From IMG/VR virus record IMGVR_UViG_3300035548_000645, positions 1 through 48,634 of that record: 48,634 bases of DNA. One strand, written 5' to 3'. Positions 35,699 to 45,707 of this stretch are shown here, piece by piece (positions within the stretch are counted from its first letter, which is position 1; every line of letters begins with the position of its first letter). A program made the position numbers and the translations under genes. Below the pieces are notes generated by a model that did not search any database, had not been told where the DNA came from, and worked only from the letters and a program-made list of their open reading frames with translations. This stretch comes from a virus. Lineage: Duplodnaviria > Caudoviricetes.

Positions 35699-36982
35699 CT
35701 AGAATTTGGACATCCGCTCGATGGCGGCGGCACGCTGCTCTTCCTTGGTGGGGGCGGACTGGCCGCCCGGAGCGACGTCTTTCTGGTCGGCCTGCTTGAG
35801 CCCGTCCAGAATGGCCTGGCGGGATGCCTTGTCGCCGGCGTCCGCGTCGGCAGCGGCGTCATTGCCGCTGTTGTCCTGGCCGTCCTGGGCGGGAGTCATC
35901 GCCTTGGCGATTGCCGTGGCCTGGGCGATTCCGGAATCCGCCTTGAGCACGGGTTCCATCTTGGCCTTGGCCTCATCGCCAAGGACCACGCCGACCAAGG
36001 CCAGGGCTTCATCCGTGGCCTTGGTGGTGGCCTCGGTCACTGCGGTGGCCTTTTCCTTGTCCGCTTTTTCGAGCGCGGCCTTTTCGGTCGAACTCACGAT
36101 TTCCTGCACAGCCTCGGGATGGTCATTGCGGAGCTGTGCTGCCGTTTTAGTCATGGCGTCCTCCTTTAGGGATGCTATGAGTTCCTGCCGGGTCTTGATG
36201 CCATGCACCAGCCCCAGCTCCTGACCGACGGATGCACGGAAAAACTGGCCGTCCGCCCATGCGGAGACCTCTCCCATGTCCAGCCCGAGGTATCGGGCCA
36301 CGTCGGAGGTGAAGATGTCGTAGGCCTGGTCCAGGCGCTCCTGGAAATAGGCCTTGTCGTCCTTGGAAAGTGGTTCGTCGGGGTTTCCGGCCGCCTTGCG
36401 GCTGCCCGCGTGGAGCCATGTCGGGTTGATGCCCCACTGCTCGTTGAACTTCGAGAAGTCCAGGTGCAGCTGTATGACGCCGATGGAACCCACCAGAGTC
36501 ATGGGGCTGACGGCATACACGCTGTCCGCTGCGGAGCCGATGTACTGAGCCGCGCTGGTCATCCCGCCGTTGGCCAGGGCCGCAACGGGCTTGACGCCCC
36601 GGACCGAGTGGATGAACTCGGCCAGCTCGCGGCAGCCGTCCACGGTCCCACCGGGCGAATCGATGTCCAGGATCACGGCGTCCACCGAAGAGTCGTCAAG
36701 GACTTCCTCCAGGGTGGCCCGGACCGCCTCGTAGGAGGAGACCTCGAACCCGCGCGGGGTGGAGATGGGCCGCTTGATCAACGGTCCGAAGACGTCGATC
36801 ACGGAAATGTTGTCGTAGTCGTGCCTCGGGGCGGTCGTCTGCGGTGCGTCCCACTCCATGCCGAAAAATTGGGAGCCGCCGTCCGGGCCTTGCTTGGCAC
36901 CGTTCATGAAGCGGACCAGGGTTTCCATCCCGGCGTCCGAGATGAACCAGGGCTTGCCCAAGAGGGATATCCAGTCGTTCAT
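35699..36982 (-). CDS. S49 family prohead protease with C-terminal scaffold (lambda gpC/Nu3-like)
   Basis: LDIDSPGG, SAAQYIGS, VGSIGV; probable internal start MTKTAAQL with AGGAGG RBS near 36154. Confidence 0.92.
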   Translation of the reverse strand: MNDWISLLGKPWFISDAGMETLVRFMNGAKQGPDGGSQFFGMEWDAPQTTAPRHDYDNISVIDVFGPLIKRPISTPRGFEVSSYEAVRATLEEVLDDSSVDAVILDIDSPGGTVDGCRELAEFIHSVRGVKPVAALANGGMTSAAQYIGSAADSVYAVSPMTLVGSIGVIQLHLDFSKFNEQWGINPTWLHAGSRKAAGNPDEPLSKDDKAYFQERLDQAYDIFTSDVARYLGLDMGEVSAWADGQFFRASVGQELGLVHGIKTRQELIASLKEDAMTKTAAQLRNDHPEAVQEIVSSTEKAALEKADKEKATAVTEATTKATDEALALVGVVLGDEAKAKMEPVLKADSGIAQATAIAKAMTPAQDGQDNSGNDAAADADAGDKASRQAILDGLKQADQKDVAPGGQSAPTKEEQRAAAIERMSKF

Positions 36983-38496
36983 GTCGCTTTCTCCTCCTCA
37001 GCGAGGCCGAGTTCCAGGTCCCGCCTGCGCTCGGCCGCGCGGATCTCGGCCACTTCTTGGCCGTCGCCGCCCTGTTCGGCCACCACGTCGGCGTGGGTCA
37101 TGATGTTGGCTTCCATGCCCCTGATGGAGGCCACGATCTCCTTGACGGGATCGATATAGCCCCGGGCGGGACCGATCCAGCGGGTGCCGAGATAGGCGTG
37201 CTGGGCGTCGTAGAAATCCGGAGCGCCTGCCGGGAGCGTCCAGAGGCCGCGCAGGAACGCCTCCTCCTGGACCATGGCCCAGTTGATCTGGCAGAAGTGG
37301 GCACCGGCCCAGGAGCGGTAGATCAGGTAGACCCGCCACGCTTCGAGCAGGGCGGCCCTGGCGCTGGAGTAGTTGGTCTGCGAGAAGTCCTTGGCCAGGA
37401 CCTCGTAGGGCATGCCCGTGGCCGCGGCCATGGCGCGCAGGACCAGGCGGGCGAATGCCTCGAAATTGTTGCCCGGATGATTCGATTCCAGAATGAACGG
37501 CTTTTCGTTCGGCGACCCGTACAGGATGGAGCCCGGCGCATAGTTCTTGTGGTACGCCGGGTTGGGGTTGCCGTCTTCGTCGTAGGGTTCGGGGGCGGTG
37601 TAAGCCCCGGCAGCGGCCGCCGCGTTGGGGTCCTGCGAGGCGATGAACACCGGGATGGACGCGGCCATGATCTGGCCGATGAGGCTGTAGTCGAACGAGT
37701 CGTCCAGGAGCCGGTAGAACTTCATGGCCGGAGACAGGACGCTGCGACCCCGGTACTGCTCCTCGCGGGTAAGGCGGAACCCGTGCAGCATGCCGGGCCG
37801 GTGCCCCTTCCTGGCCGGAATCCGCGAATAGCTGGAGCTGGAACGCAGCTCGCCGCCGTCGAACCGGCTGGGGTTGCTCACCCAGTAGGCTATCGGGCGG
37901 CCGTCGTCGTTGACCTCCACGCCGTCGATGACGTTGTCCCTGTCGAAGAACTCGAACGGGGTGGACAGCCGCGACGGGTGAATGTCCTGCAGGGCATAGG
38001 AGAACGTGCGCTCCGGATACGTCTTTTCGTCGAGCATCCGGGGCAGAAAGAGGAATTCGCCCTTGGTCAGCACGGAGTGCAGGGCGAGGAACTGCAGATC
38101 GTTGAAGGTGGCCAGCCCTCGGGAGTGGGCCTCGGTGTTCCAAATCTTCCAGACGCGCTCCATGCTCTCCTGGAGTTCGTTCGCCTGGTCTTCGGTCAAC
38201 CCAAGGGCCTTGCGGTCGACCCGCGCCTGCGGCTTGAGGCCCGGCCCGACCACGTTGACCGTCATGGAATCGATGACGGACGCGGCGTTCGGGTTGTTGT
38301 CTACGAGGTCTTCGGCGCGGCGGGCGATGACTTCACGCTCGCGCGCCTCGCCGTCCTGGGTGGTTCGCGGCGAGTGCCAGTTCGACATCGTGCCCCGGAA
38401 GGTCCCGGCGGCGGAACGGACCCGGCCAAGGCCTCGCGGCTTGACGGTCCTGCGGCGGGCGGCGGCCTGGGATCGGGCGGAAGGAAAACCGGTCAT
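36979..38496 (-). CDS. Portal protein (lambda gpB family)
   Basis: RAEDL..NNP, GVE....GRP.AYW, NYSSARAALLE, YIDPVKE. Confidence 0.95.
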   Translation of the reverse strand: MTGFPSARSQAAARRRTVKPRGLGRVRSAAGTFRGTMSNWHSPRTTQDGEAREREVIARRAEDLVDNNPNAASVIDSMTVNVVGPGLKPQARVDRKALGLTEDQANELQESMERVWKIWNTEAHSRGLATFNDLQFLALHSVLTKGEFLFLPRMLDEKTYPERTFSYALQDIHPSRLSTPFEFFDRDNVIDGVEVNDDGRPIAYWVSNPSRFDGGELRSSSSYSRIPARKGHRPGMLHGFRLTREEQYRGRSVLSPAMKFYRLLDDSFDYSLIGQIMAASIPVFIASQDPNAAAAAGAYTAPEPYDEDGNPNPAYHKNYAPGSILYGSPNEKPFILESNHPGNNFEAFARLVLRAMAAATGMPYEVLAKDFSQTNYSSARAALLEAWRVYLIYRSWAGAHFCQINWAMVQEEAFLRGLWTLPAGAPDFYDAQHAYLGTRWIGPARGYIDPVKEIVASIRGMEANIMTHADVVAEQGGDGQEVAEIRAAERRRDLELGLAEEEKAT

Positions 38497-38714
38497 CGCA
38501 CGATCTTCCCCTGGACCGCCACCGGGCCGGAATTGCCGTCATAGGCGTCCAGCTCGCGCTTCAAATACTGGAGGTTCGCCCGAATCTTGTCCGGATCCTT
38601 GTATTCGACGCTGTCCCCGTCAACGGTGTTGTTGGGAGAAAGGGCCTGCATGAGAGCCGTCTTGTTGGCCTCAATCTGCTCTACGATCTCCTCTCTGCTG
38701 CTCCAGATAGACAT
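38493..38714 (-). CDS. Head completion protein (gpW-like)
   Basis: 73 aa between terminase and portal; DG.SVEY motif. Confidence 0.7.
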   Translation of the reverse strand: MSIWSSREEIVEQIEANKTALMQALSPNNTVDGDSVEYKDPDKIRANLQYLKRELDAYDGNSGPVAVQGKIVR

Positions 38715-38718
38715 GCCC

Positions 38719-38781
38719 CGACATTAATCCCGCCTCCGGATTAATGTCGTGGACGTCATGGACGTTATGGACGTCATGGAC
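38719..38781. promoter_or_regulatory. Candidate late promoter/operator: 12-bp inverted repeat plus 3.5 copies of TGGACGTYA
   Basis: CGACATTAATCC/GGATTAATGTCG at 38719-38749; 9-mers at 38750, 38759, 38768 and a partial copy at 38777. Confidence 0.65.
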
Positions 38782-38817
38782 AGAAATGTGTGCTTTTTGC
38801 GAAAAACACACCTTGGG

Positions 38818-39015
38818 CTACGCCACTTTCTGTTTCTCCAGGTAGGCATCGATGTCTGCTTGCGGCACACGAATCCCCTTGCTTTTCCCAAGGCGGAACG
38901 CATTGGGGAATGCCCCGCCGTCCACCAACTGGTAGAACATGGACTTGGAACACCCCAGCTGTTTGATCGTCTGCTGCCAGTTCAATGCCGGGCCCAGATC
39001 TTTCTTCTCTTCCAT
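38818..39015 (-). CDS. AlpA/Xis-like winged-HTH protein, candidate late regulator
   Basis: LNWQQTIKQLGCSKSMFYQLV..G.FP.AFRLG...IRVP. Confidence 0.8.
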   Translation of the reverse strand: MEEKKDLGPALNWQQTIKQLGCSKSMFYQLVDGGAFPNAFRLGKSKGIRVPQADIDAYLEKQKVA

Positions 39016-39024
39016 GCTGTCTCC

Positions 39025-40983
39025 CTATTTGCCGAACCATCCCGGACGCCAACCGCCCAGAATATCCGCTTGCGTTACAGGTCGTTCCTTCACTACCGCC
39101 GCCTTCTTCCGTTTTATCTTCGGGGGCTTCCGGTTGGCCCCGCCCAGGTGGTACCAGGCCGCCCGCCCGTAGTTCTCGCAATCCCAGTAGTCCACCTTCT
39201 TCCCCGAGGGCTGCACCCACACCTGACGCTCATCGTCGAAATACTCGGCGCACATCTGCGCGGCATAGTCGTGCGGCATCTCCTCCTTGTTGTAGAGGTG
39301 GAAACCGCCGGGGTCGCCCGGCTCCACCGACATGGCCGTGGACAAGTCGTCCTTGAAGAATTTGTTGTTGATGTTGACCAGCGTGATGCCGCCCGGAATC
39401 TTTTTCTTGGTCTTCGGGAAATACTCGATGTTGGAAAACGTCAGCGGCGCATTGAGCGTGTCCCGGCCACGGATGGGCAGCATCTTGCCGCGATGCTTTG
39501 CCGCCAGCTGATAGATTTCCTTGGTCCGGTGTCCCATCGAGTCCCAAAAAGTCAGCTCGACCGGGTATTCATTGCCTTCGCTGTCCCGATACATCTGCCC
39601 CCAGAGAATCTCCTCCATGTTCGCGATGGTCAGCCCGAGACCTACCCGCACCCTCCATGATTCTTCGGCCTCTCCGAATCCAAAGGCCAATATGACGTAG
39701 GGCAGGCTCCTGTCCTGGGTGTCCACCCCGGCCACCAGTCCGGCAACACGCGGCACTCCGTCAACCGGCCCGGGCACCACCATGCGGGGCCGGTCATCGC
39801 ACATGGCCCACACCTTGTCCTCATCCCGTTGCACTTGGACCTCTTCCCACGGCTCGGCCTCGTATCCGTTCTTGAAATCCTTGGCCTTCTGCTTCCAGTC
39901 CGCGCCGCCGTACTTCTTTGTGCCGCGCAGGAACGCCGCCAGGACCTCGGACAGCGATACGAACCTGGACAGCCAAGCCGGGGTGTGGAACCCGATGCGC
40001 CGGGGCCGGTACTCCCGCAAGTAGGCGAACATCTCCTTGCCTGTGACCAGGTCGCGGTACTCTCCCATGGCCACGGCGCGGTCGCGGTCATGGTCATCCC
40101 ACTTGCAGCCCATGTTCTCGCATTCGTACCAGCCGAGCAGCTCGGCCTCGATCTTCTCCGGGTCGCGCACGTCCACCGGCATCTTGAACTGCTTGAAGTG
40201 CATCCGCTGGTACGCGCCGCAATGGGGACACCTGACCATGTAATGAAAAACGACCTGCGCCCCCTGGAGCGCCTGCCAGATTTCGCCCTGGGGGATGGTC
40301 GGTGAGGAAATCTTGAAAATCTTGCGTGACCACTTGTAGGTCCTTGTCCGCTTCTCGCCCAGCGAGATGGGGTCGGCTTCCTTTTTCGACGCCACCAACG
40401 GATACTTGTCCACCTCGTCGAAGATGATGATCTTGACCGGCTTGTTTGCCAGGGATGACGGCGACTTCGCCCAGGCCGTGTAGATGGCCATGTGCTGCAG
40501 GTTGATGCGCGACGACGAAAAGTCGTCCTCGCTGCCGGTCAGGAACGACGACAGCCGGGCGCTCGGTTCGAGCAACCCCTTGCGGATCCGCTTGGTGATG
40601 TTGTGCTTGGCCGTCTCCCGGTCGGGATAGACGAGCATGGCCGGGCCGGGATCACGGTCGATGGCGTAGCCGAGCAGGGTGTTGACGGCCTCGGTCTTGC
40701 CCACCTGCGGCGCGGCGCACCAGTCCACCTCCTGGACACCGGGGACATAGGCCGCGTCGAGAATGCCGGTCACGTAAGGGGCGGTGTCATTCTTCCACGG
40801 TCCGGGCAGGGCGGATTCTTCGTTGAGAACACGGTGCCTTTCCGCCCACTCACTCGGCCTGATCCGCTTGCGCTTGCGGAGCTGCTGCCGTTCAGCCTTG
40901 CACGGAGTTATGACCATCTGGTCGCCGACGTGGCCGCCCGGGATCCACTTGGGGTCGATGAAGATTTTGCAGTTAACCTTCAT
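39025..40983 (-). CDS. terL: Terminase large subunit (lambda GpA family)
   Basis: SEWAE..R, APQVGKTE Walker A, FDEVDKY Walker B, SSP, CPHCG, AGVDTQ, DYWDCE.Y. Confidence 0.96.
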   Translation of the reverse strand: MKVNCKIFIDPKWIPGGHVGDQMVITPCKAERQQLRKRKRIRPSEWAERHRVLNEESALPGPWKNDTAPYVTGILDAAYVPGVQEVDWCAAPQVGKTEAVNTLLGYAIDRDPGPAMLVYPDRETAKHNITKRIRKGLLEPSARLSSFLTGSEDDFSSSRINLQHMAIYTAWAKSPSSLANKPVKIIIFDEVDKYPLVASKKEADPISLGEKRTRTYKWSRKIFKISSPTIPQGEIWQALQGAQVVFHYMVRCPHCGAYQRMHFKQFKMPVDVRDPEKIEAELLGWYECENMGCKWDDHDRDRAVAMGEYRDLVTGKEMFAYLREYRPRRIGFHTPAWLSRFVSLSEVLAAFLRGTKKYGGADWKQKAKDFKNGYEAEPWEEVQVQRDEDKVWAMCDDRPRMVVPGPVDGVPRVAGLVAGVDTQDRSLPYVILAFGFGEAEESWRVRVGLGLTIANMEEILWGQMYRDSEGNEYPVELTFWDSMGHRTKEIYQLAAKHRGKMLPIRGRDTLNAPLTFSNIEYFPKTKKKIPGGITLVNINNKFFKDDLSTAMSVEPGDPGGFHLYNKEEMPHDYAAQMCAEYFDDERQVWVQPSGKKVDYWDCENYGRAAWYHLGGANRKPPKIKRKKAAVVKERPVTQADILGGWRPGWFGK

Positions 40984-41518
40984 CGCCGAGCACCACTTCG
41001 ATATTCTTCATGCTGGCGTACCGCGTCGCGATATCGTCGAACATATTGGTCAACTCCCGGATCAGGTCTCCCGTCTTCCTGGGATCACCGCCCACCAGCT
41101 CGATGAACTCCGCTCCCCGTTTCTGGACCTCGGACTTGTACTCGGACGACATGATCCCGGCCCGTGCGCCTATCTCGATTTCGACCCGCCCCCGATCAAT
41201 GAGCTTGGCCTCTTTCTTCTGCCGCTCAATCCGCAGAATCTGCGCCTTCTCCTGCGCCTGAATCAGTTCCGCATCCGCCTTGGCGTCGGCCCGCTCCCTA
41301 TCCTCCCGGCTCAACGTCTTCCTCGACTGGATCAACTTGACGTGGTTCTTCGCGTATGCCTTCAGGACATCAGCCTCGAACACGCCATCGGCAGACTTGC
41401 CGACCTTTCCTTCGTTGGTGTGGCGGCTGAAATTCGACCTGTTTGAGGCATACCCCTCGTCCACCAGGAACGCGATTGCCTCCGTTTGTGTCTTGAACGT
41501 GCGGCGATCCTTAACCAT
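40973..41518 (-). CDS. Probable terminase small subunit
   Basis: N-terminal HTH plus coiled coil; overlaps the terL start. Confidence 0.7.
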   Translation of the reverse strand: MVKDRRTFKTQTEAIAFLVDEGYASNRSNFSRHTNEGKVGKSADGVFEADVLKAYAKNHVKLIQSRKTLSREDRERADAKADAELIQAQEKAQILRIERQKKEAKLIDRGRVEIEIGARAGIMSSEYKSEVQKRGAEFIELVGGDPRKTGDLIRELTNMFDDIATRYASMKNIEVVLGDEG

Positions 41519-41804
41519 GCTGATCCTCCTGAGCCGGCAGCCGCAGCCGTTTGATGTTGACCGATTTCTTGACCCCGTAACCAAACACGTCCACGTACAG
41601 CGCTTTCTTTCCGCCCTTGATCTCGCGCTCGTACGGTTCCCCCTCGCACATGACCTGGACCCACTGCATCCGTCCGCCCACCTTGGCGGTCATGGAACAC
41701 CGGACACCCCTAAATACTCCTGTTTCGTCAGGAACTTTTAGACCCTTGCCGCTCAACACGGCGTCCAGCTCCTCGGCCGTCAGCTTGATGTCTTCCGTTT
41801 TCAA
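41511..41804 (-). CDS. Hypothetical protein
   Basis: Coupled between primase and terS. Confidence 0.6.
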   Translation of the reverse strand: MKTEDIKLTAEELDAVLSGKGLKVPDETGVFRGVRCSMTAKVGGRMQWVQVMCEGEPYEREIKGGKKALYVDVFGYGVKKSVNIKRLRLPAQEDQHG

Positions 41805-43231
41805 GACGAGACCTCCAGCGGCTTCATGAAGTTCCGGCTGTTGACAACCAACTCACCCACCTCCTGGATCCACTTCCTGACCACAGGCCGGTGGGCCAGT
41901 ACGGCAACCCAGCCGTGATATTCCTCAGGTCCCTGACACCCCAGCAACGCGCCGGATTCTCCGACATGGATGTCCGTTCCGCTGACGGACAGGATGACGC
42001 GCAATTCCTCGATGTCGTCGGGGATCTGGTATTTCTTCGCCGTAGGCAGAGGCGCACTTTCTACCGTTCCTTTGGGGGCCAAGGCCGACACGTCGATGGC
42101 CGGCGCAGTCAGGGACCTGAGCCAATCTCCCAGGGCGGCGCGGCCGAGCTGCTCGACCAGTTCACCGGGATCCTTGCCCACGGGCACCGGAGTGCGACGG
42201 CACTGCGGAAACCGCTCACCCCACCAATGGCGGAACTTGTTTCCATGCTTCTCGCCTTTCCCTTGCGGCTCGAAGTCCAGGGCGTTGAGGATGTGCCTGG
42301 CTCCCGATAACCACTCAGCCGCCTGGATGTCTGGGTATGCTGTCAGAGTGCCCATGGAGCAGAAGCCGACGCCGTCTACCTTAGCGGCTGCGATGGCCAG
42401 CCCGTCCAGGGCGGCTTCCACCACAACGTAGTCCCGGGCGTTAGGTGTGATCATGGTCACTTTCTGGTTTGACCCAGCCACAAGCTTGTACTTGTCGTCG
42501 TCCGGCGGCACGTCAGAATTGGGACGTCGCACGCGCACGGCTGCCAGTTCGCCATCCCGAAAATTCGGGATGACCAGCCCCCGGGGCAGCCAGATGGATT
42601 TAGGCCGTCCGTTGTCATTGAGAATGCGCGACAGTCCCCACCCCTCTCGGCTGCGGTAGTCGCAGGGTGGACGGTTGTTTCGCTGCGGCTTGCCGGCGTG
42701 CCACCCCAACCTGGATTCTCGGGCGATGGAGAGCGGCACTCCACGGCCTTCAAGCCACTGCACCAGGTGAGGGTTGCGCTCCAGCTGCGCCGCGCACTCG
42801 TTCACGAACTTCAAGGCGTGCTCCCGCCATTTCTCCGGCGGCAGCTCCACGGGCAGCAGATCGGCCAGCTCCCGTCCGACCCTTGCCTGCTGCGGCGCCG
42901 GTCTCGGCTTCGGCATACTGCGTTGCGCCGGGGCCTCGCCCTCTACCCCGAGAAACTCGAAAATTTTTGTCCAATCCCACCCTTCGATGTCCACCAACCA
43001 CTGAATGTAGTCGCCGGAGATGTCGCACTGGCGGCACCAGTACCCGCCACGCGCCCCGGCCTTCACGGCCAGCTCGCCGGAGGGCTCCTGGTCTGGAAAG
43101 ACGCGGAAGCGATCCTTGCCGCCGCAGACGGGACACGGCCCCTGGTATTCCCCGCGGCCGCCGACGGGGGCCTGGAAGCCTGTGCCACCCACCCGCGCCC
43201 GCACCAGATCCACCAGCTCCGGAGCCATCAC
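41801..43231 (-). CDS. DNA primase (zinc-binding domain plus TOPRIM-like domain)
   Basis: GPCPVCGGKDRF, YWCRQC...GD, VVVEA.LD, ALDF, GKDPGE. Confidence 0.88.
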   Translation of the reverse strand: MMAPELVDLVRARVGGTGFQAPVGGRGEYQGPCPVCGGKDRFRVFPDQEPSGELAVKAGARGGYWCRQCDISGDYIQWLVDIEGWDWTKIFEFLGVEGEAPAQRSMPKPRPAPQQARVGRELADLLPVELPPEKWREHALKFVNECAAQLERNPHLVQWLEGRGVPLSIARESRLGWHAGKPQRNNRPPCDYRSREGWGLSRILNDNGRPKSIWLPRGLVIPNFRDGELAAVRVRRPNSDVPPDDDKYKLVAGSNQKVTMITPNARDYVVVEAALDGLAIAAAKVDGVGFCSMGTLTAYPDIQAAEWLSGARHILNALDFEPQGKGEKHGNKFRHWWGERFPQCRRTPVPVGKDPGELVEQLGRAALGDWLRSLTAPAIDVSALAPKGTVESAPLPTAKKYQIPDDIEELRVILSVSGTDIHVGESGALLGCQGPEEYHGWVAVLAHRPVVRKWIQEVGELVVNSRNFMKPLEVSS

Positions 43232-43239
43232 GCCACCCC

Positions 43240-43500
43240 CCGCTGCCTATCGTCCGCATGGTCCGCTATGGTCCAGCCAAAGGTCCACGCCTTGAAGCAA
43301 GGTGTGGCAACGGTTCCGGGAAATATGGGACTATAGGGACCAAATTCTTTTTTCATCTTTTTGAGACCTTTCTGATTCAAGATATTTTTGTATAAGGGGT
43401 TATACTCCCTACGCTCCCTTGCACGTATCCATTACCCCTGATTTCAGGGGGTTGAGACCCGGACCATAGGCCGGACGATAGGTGGACGATGCGGACCTTT
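43240..43500. other. Candidate replication origin
   Basis: Intergenic AT-rich core flanked by oppositely oriented GTCC / GGAC-containing repeats. Confidence 0.65.
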
Positions 43501-43503
43501 GCG

Positions 43504-45345
43504 CTAATCTTCCGGGTGGAACCCATCCTGGTGTTGCTGTTTGAGCTGGAGGCCTATGTAGACCATCGTCCCGGACTTGATCCGCTCGAACCCCTTGTCA
43601 TTCATCCAGTTCCCGAACTTTTTCTGAGCGGGAGGAAACTTGCCGACCCGCTTGTGGTACCACTCCTCGAAAACGCTATAGACCTTGGACGCGCCGACCC
43701 TGAGGTTCTCGCCGATCTCACAGCACTCGAAGAGAAATTCGCCCAGGGTGTCCTCGCCTTCACGGTACTTGTCCGTCGCCTCAGTCACGACCCGAGGCGG
43801 GCAGAGTCCGAATTCCTTCCACGCCAGGTACCCCTCGACCAGCCAGGCCAGAATCCCAGGCAGGCAAGCCGCCAGCTTCTTATCCAGATCGGGATCTATT
43901 TTCCGCTCCCATGGCTGGGTCGGTTCGCCATGGACGAACGAGATCCGGTGCGGGATGGCCATGACGCGCTTCCAGAACGCGTAGTCCGTGGCCGGCGCTG
44001 AAGGCAGGTTGTTCGTCAGCAGGAACATGAGGTGGGTCGGGTCGAACGTCGTCGGATACTTGTCGTTCGGATGGCGGCCGGTCAGCGGGTCGCCGCCCGT
44101 CAGCCACTTGACCCGCTCGATGGAGAACTTGCGCCCTTCGGCGGTCTCCGATGCCCAGGCCAGGCGCAGCCCCTTGAGGGACATGATCGACGGCGTCGGC
44201 GAATCCGCCGAGCGGTTCACGCCCTGGTCGAGCAGCAGCTCGGCGGGCAATCCTCCGGCCAGCGGCCCGAGCACGGAATAGATGGTGTTGAGCAGCGTCG
44301 ATTTACCGTTGCGGCCGCGGCCGGTCAGGATCGGCAGGATGTGGTGCGGGGTGGCCCCGAGCAACGCATAGCCGAGCAACCGCTGGACAAACTTGATCAA
44401 TTCCGTCTCGACCTCGTTTGTCTCCGGGTTGGTGTAGACGCCGTTCAGAAATTCGATCCAGGGTTTGCGGTCAAAACCCGCCCCCCTCCACTCCACAGGC
44501 GCTGCGCGAACCATCCAGTCCTCCGGACTGCCTGCGCGGAACTTGCCCCCGTCCTCCAGGTCGATGATGCCGTTGGCCACGGGCAGCAGGTGGGGGTTGT
44601 TGTCGAGCCAGCTGGACTTGCAGTTGAGCGGCATGCCCGTGATGGAACGGGCCTTGGTCAACACTCCGGACTCGCGCGTCGGCGACCGCAGCTGGCTGAT
44701 CCGCTTCTTGACGCTCTTGGTCCGCTCGGCGAGCTGGCTTTCAAGGGAGTTGATGTCGCCCTTGATGTGCGCCTTGACTGAATCTTCCGTGGCCTGCTTC
44801 AGGTCGTTCTGGAGGACCTCGATCCGCCGCCGGAACATGGAGACCGTCGTCACCTGGTGGGCGTGCCAGTAGGCAAGCGCCACGTGTTCCACCAGGGAGT
44901 GGGCGAAGACGCTGGCCTCGTCCATCTCCCAGTGATGGCCGTTGAACCGGAGGGTCTCCGGAGTCTTGCGGTCGCCGCCGGTGGTGATGTTGATGGCCAT
45001 CTGCCCCCGGTGCATGGCCGCGTAGAGCTCGGCGTCTCCGGTCACGTTGCGGCTCATGCACTCCAGGATGAACGACGGATCGAGGTTCACCCAGGGCGCC
45101 ATGAGTTCCGTCTCCACAGGTCCGCCATTCGGCTCGACCGGATCGGCCGCAGCCGGTGCCGGAGAGATCAGCGCTTCCAGCTCGGCCCGTAACCGGGTCA
45201 GCTCGCCGAGGGTTCTCTCGTCGTACTTCGCGCCCGGCTTGACGCAGACGTCCCACACCCCGTCATCGGTCTGCCGAAGCTCAAATCCTTCTGGGAGCTC
45301 CAAGTCAGGCCGCTTCAGCATGCTCTTATCGTCAGACACGAACAC
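43504..45345 (-). CDS. P4-family/D5-like SF3 helicase-primase subunit
   Basis: D5_N region (LLPVANGIIDL), Walker A GRGRNGKS, LKGLRL..ASE, VKWLTGGD, TNNLP. Confidence 0.93.
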   Translation of the reverse strand: MFVSDDKSMLKRPDLELPEGFELRQTDDGVWDVCVKPGAKYDERTLGELTRLRAELEALISPAPAAADPVEPNGGPVETELMAPWVNLDPSFILECMSRNVTGDAELYAAMHRGQMAINITTGGDRKTPETLRFNGHHWEMDEASVFAHSLVEHVALAYWHAHQVTTVSMFRRRIEVLQNDLKQATEDSVKAHIKGDINSLESQLAERTKSVKKRISQLRSPTRESGVLTKARSITGMPLNCKSSWLDNNPHLLPVANGIIDLEDGGKFRAGSPEDWMVRAAPVEWRGAGFDRKPWIEFLNGVYTNPETNEVETELIKFVQRLLGYALLGATPHHILPILTGRGRNGKSTLLNTIYSVLGPLAGGLPAELLLDQGVNRSADSPTPSIMSLKGLRLAWASETAEGRKFSIERVKWLTGGDPLTGRHPNDKYPTTFDPTHLMFLLTNNLPSAPATDYAFWKRVMAIPHRISFVHGEPTQPWERKIDPDLDKKLAACLPGILAWLVEGYLAWKEFGLCPPRVVTEATDKYREGEDTLGEFLFECCEIGENLRVGASKVYSVFEEWYHKRVGKFPPAQKKFGNWMNDKGFERIKSGTMVYIGLQLKQQHQDGFHPED

Positions 45346-45454
45346 TCCTCATCGAATCAGCCGCACCGGCATTCACATCAACACAGCCACCACATCCACA
45401 TAGAATCACAGCGAATTTCCCATTTTCCCACCCAACCAAAAAAATCAACACGCC

Positions 45455-45510
45455 CACCCCCCGCGCTGATGGTGACCCCTGTATCTGAGGCCTTAGGAAG
45501 GACCCGTAAG
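45455..45510 (-). other. Candidate cos site (cosQ-like GGGTCCT plus cosN-like segment)
   Basis: Minus strand TTACGGGTCCTTCC...TACAGGGGTCACCATCAGCGCGGG resembles lambda TTACGGGTCCTTTCC...TACGGGGCGGCGACCTCGCGGG. Confidence 0.6.
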
Positions 45511-45662
45511 GGCAGGGCGGCCCCATTGGATGATTGGGATGATTCTCTGTGGGGGAGGGAGAGGGGCAGCGGATGGCGGCAACCCCCCATGAAGAAATAA
45601 GGATGCGACCGTCCCGGTCGCGATGATGGAACGATGCTGACCAGGCCCTGCGGGGAAGGCAC

Positions 45663-45686
45663 AAAAAAAGCACCGATATATCGGGC
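45663..45686 (-). terminator. Probable minus-strand terminator just inside attR
   Basis: Palindrome CCGATATATCGG (45673-45684) followed by T7 on the minus strand. Confidence 0.6.
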
Positions 45687-45707
45687 TGTTCTGGTGTGTG
45701 AACGTTT

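Noticed and set aside
38749-39660. ORF starting MDVMDVMDVMD
   Set aside because: Translation of the 9-bp DNA repeat, antisense to terL
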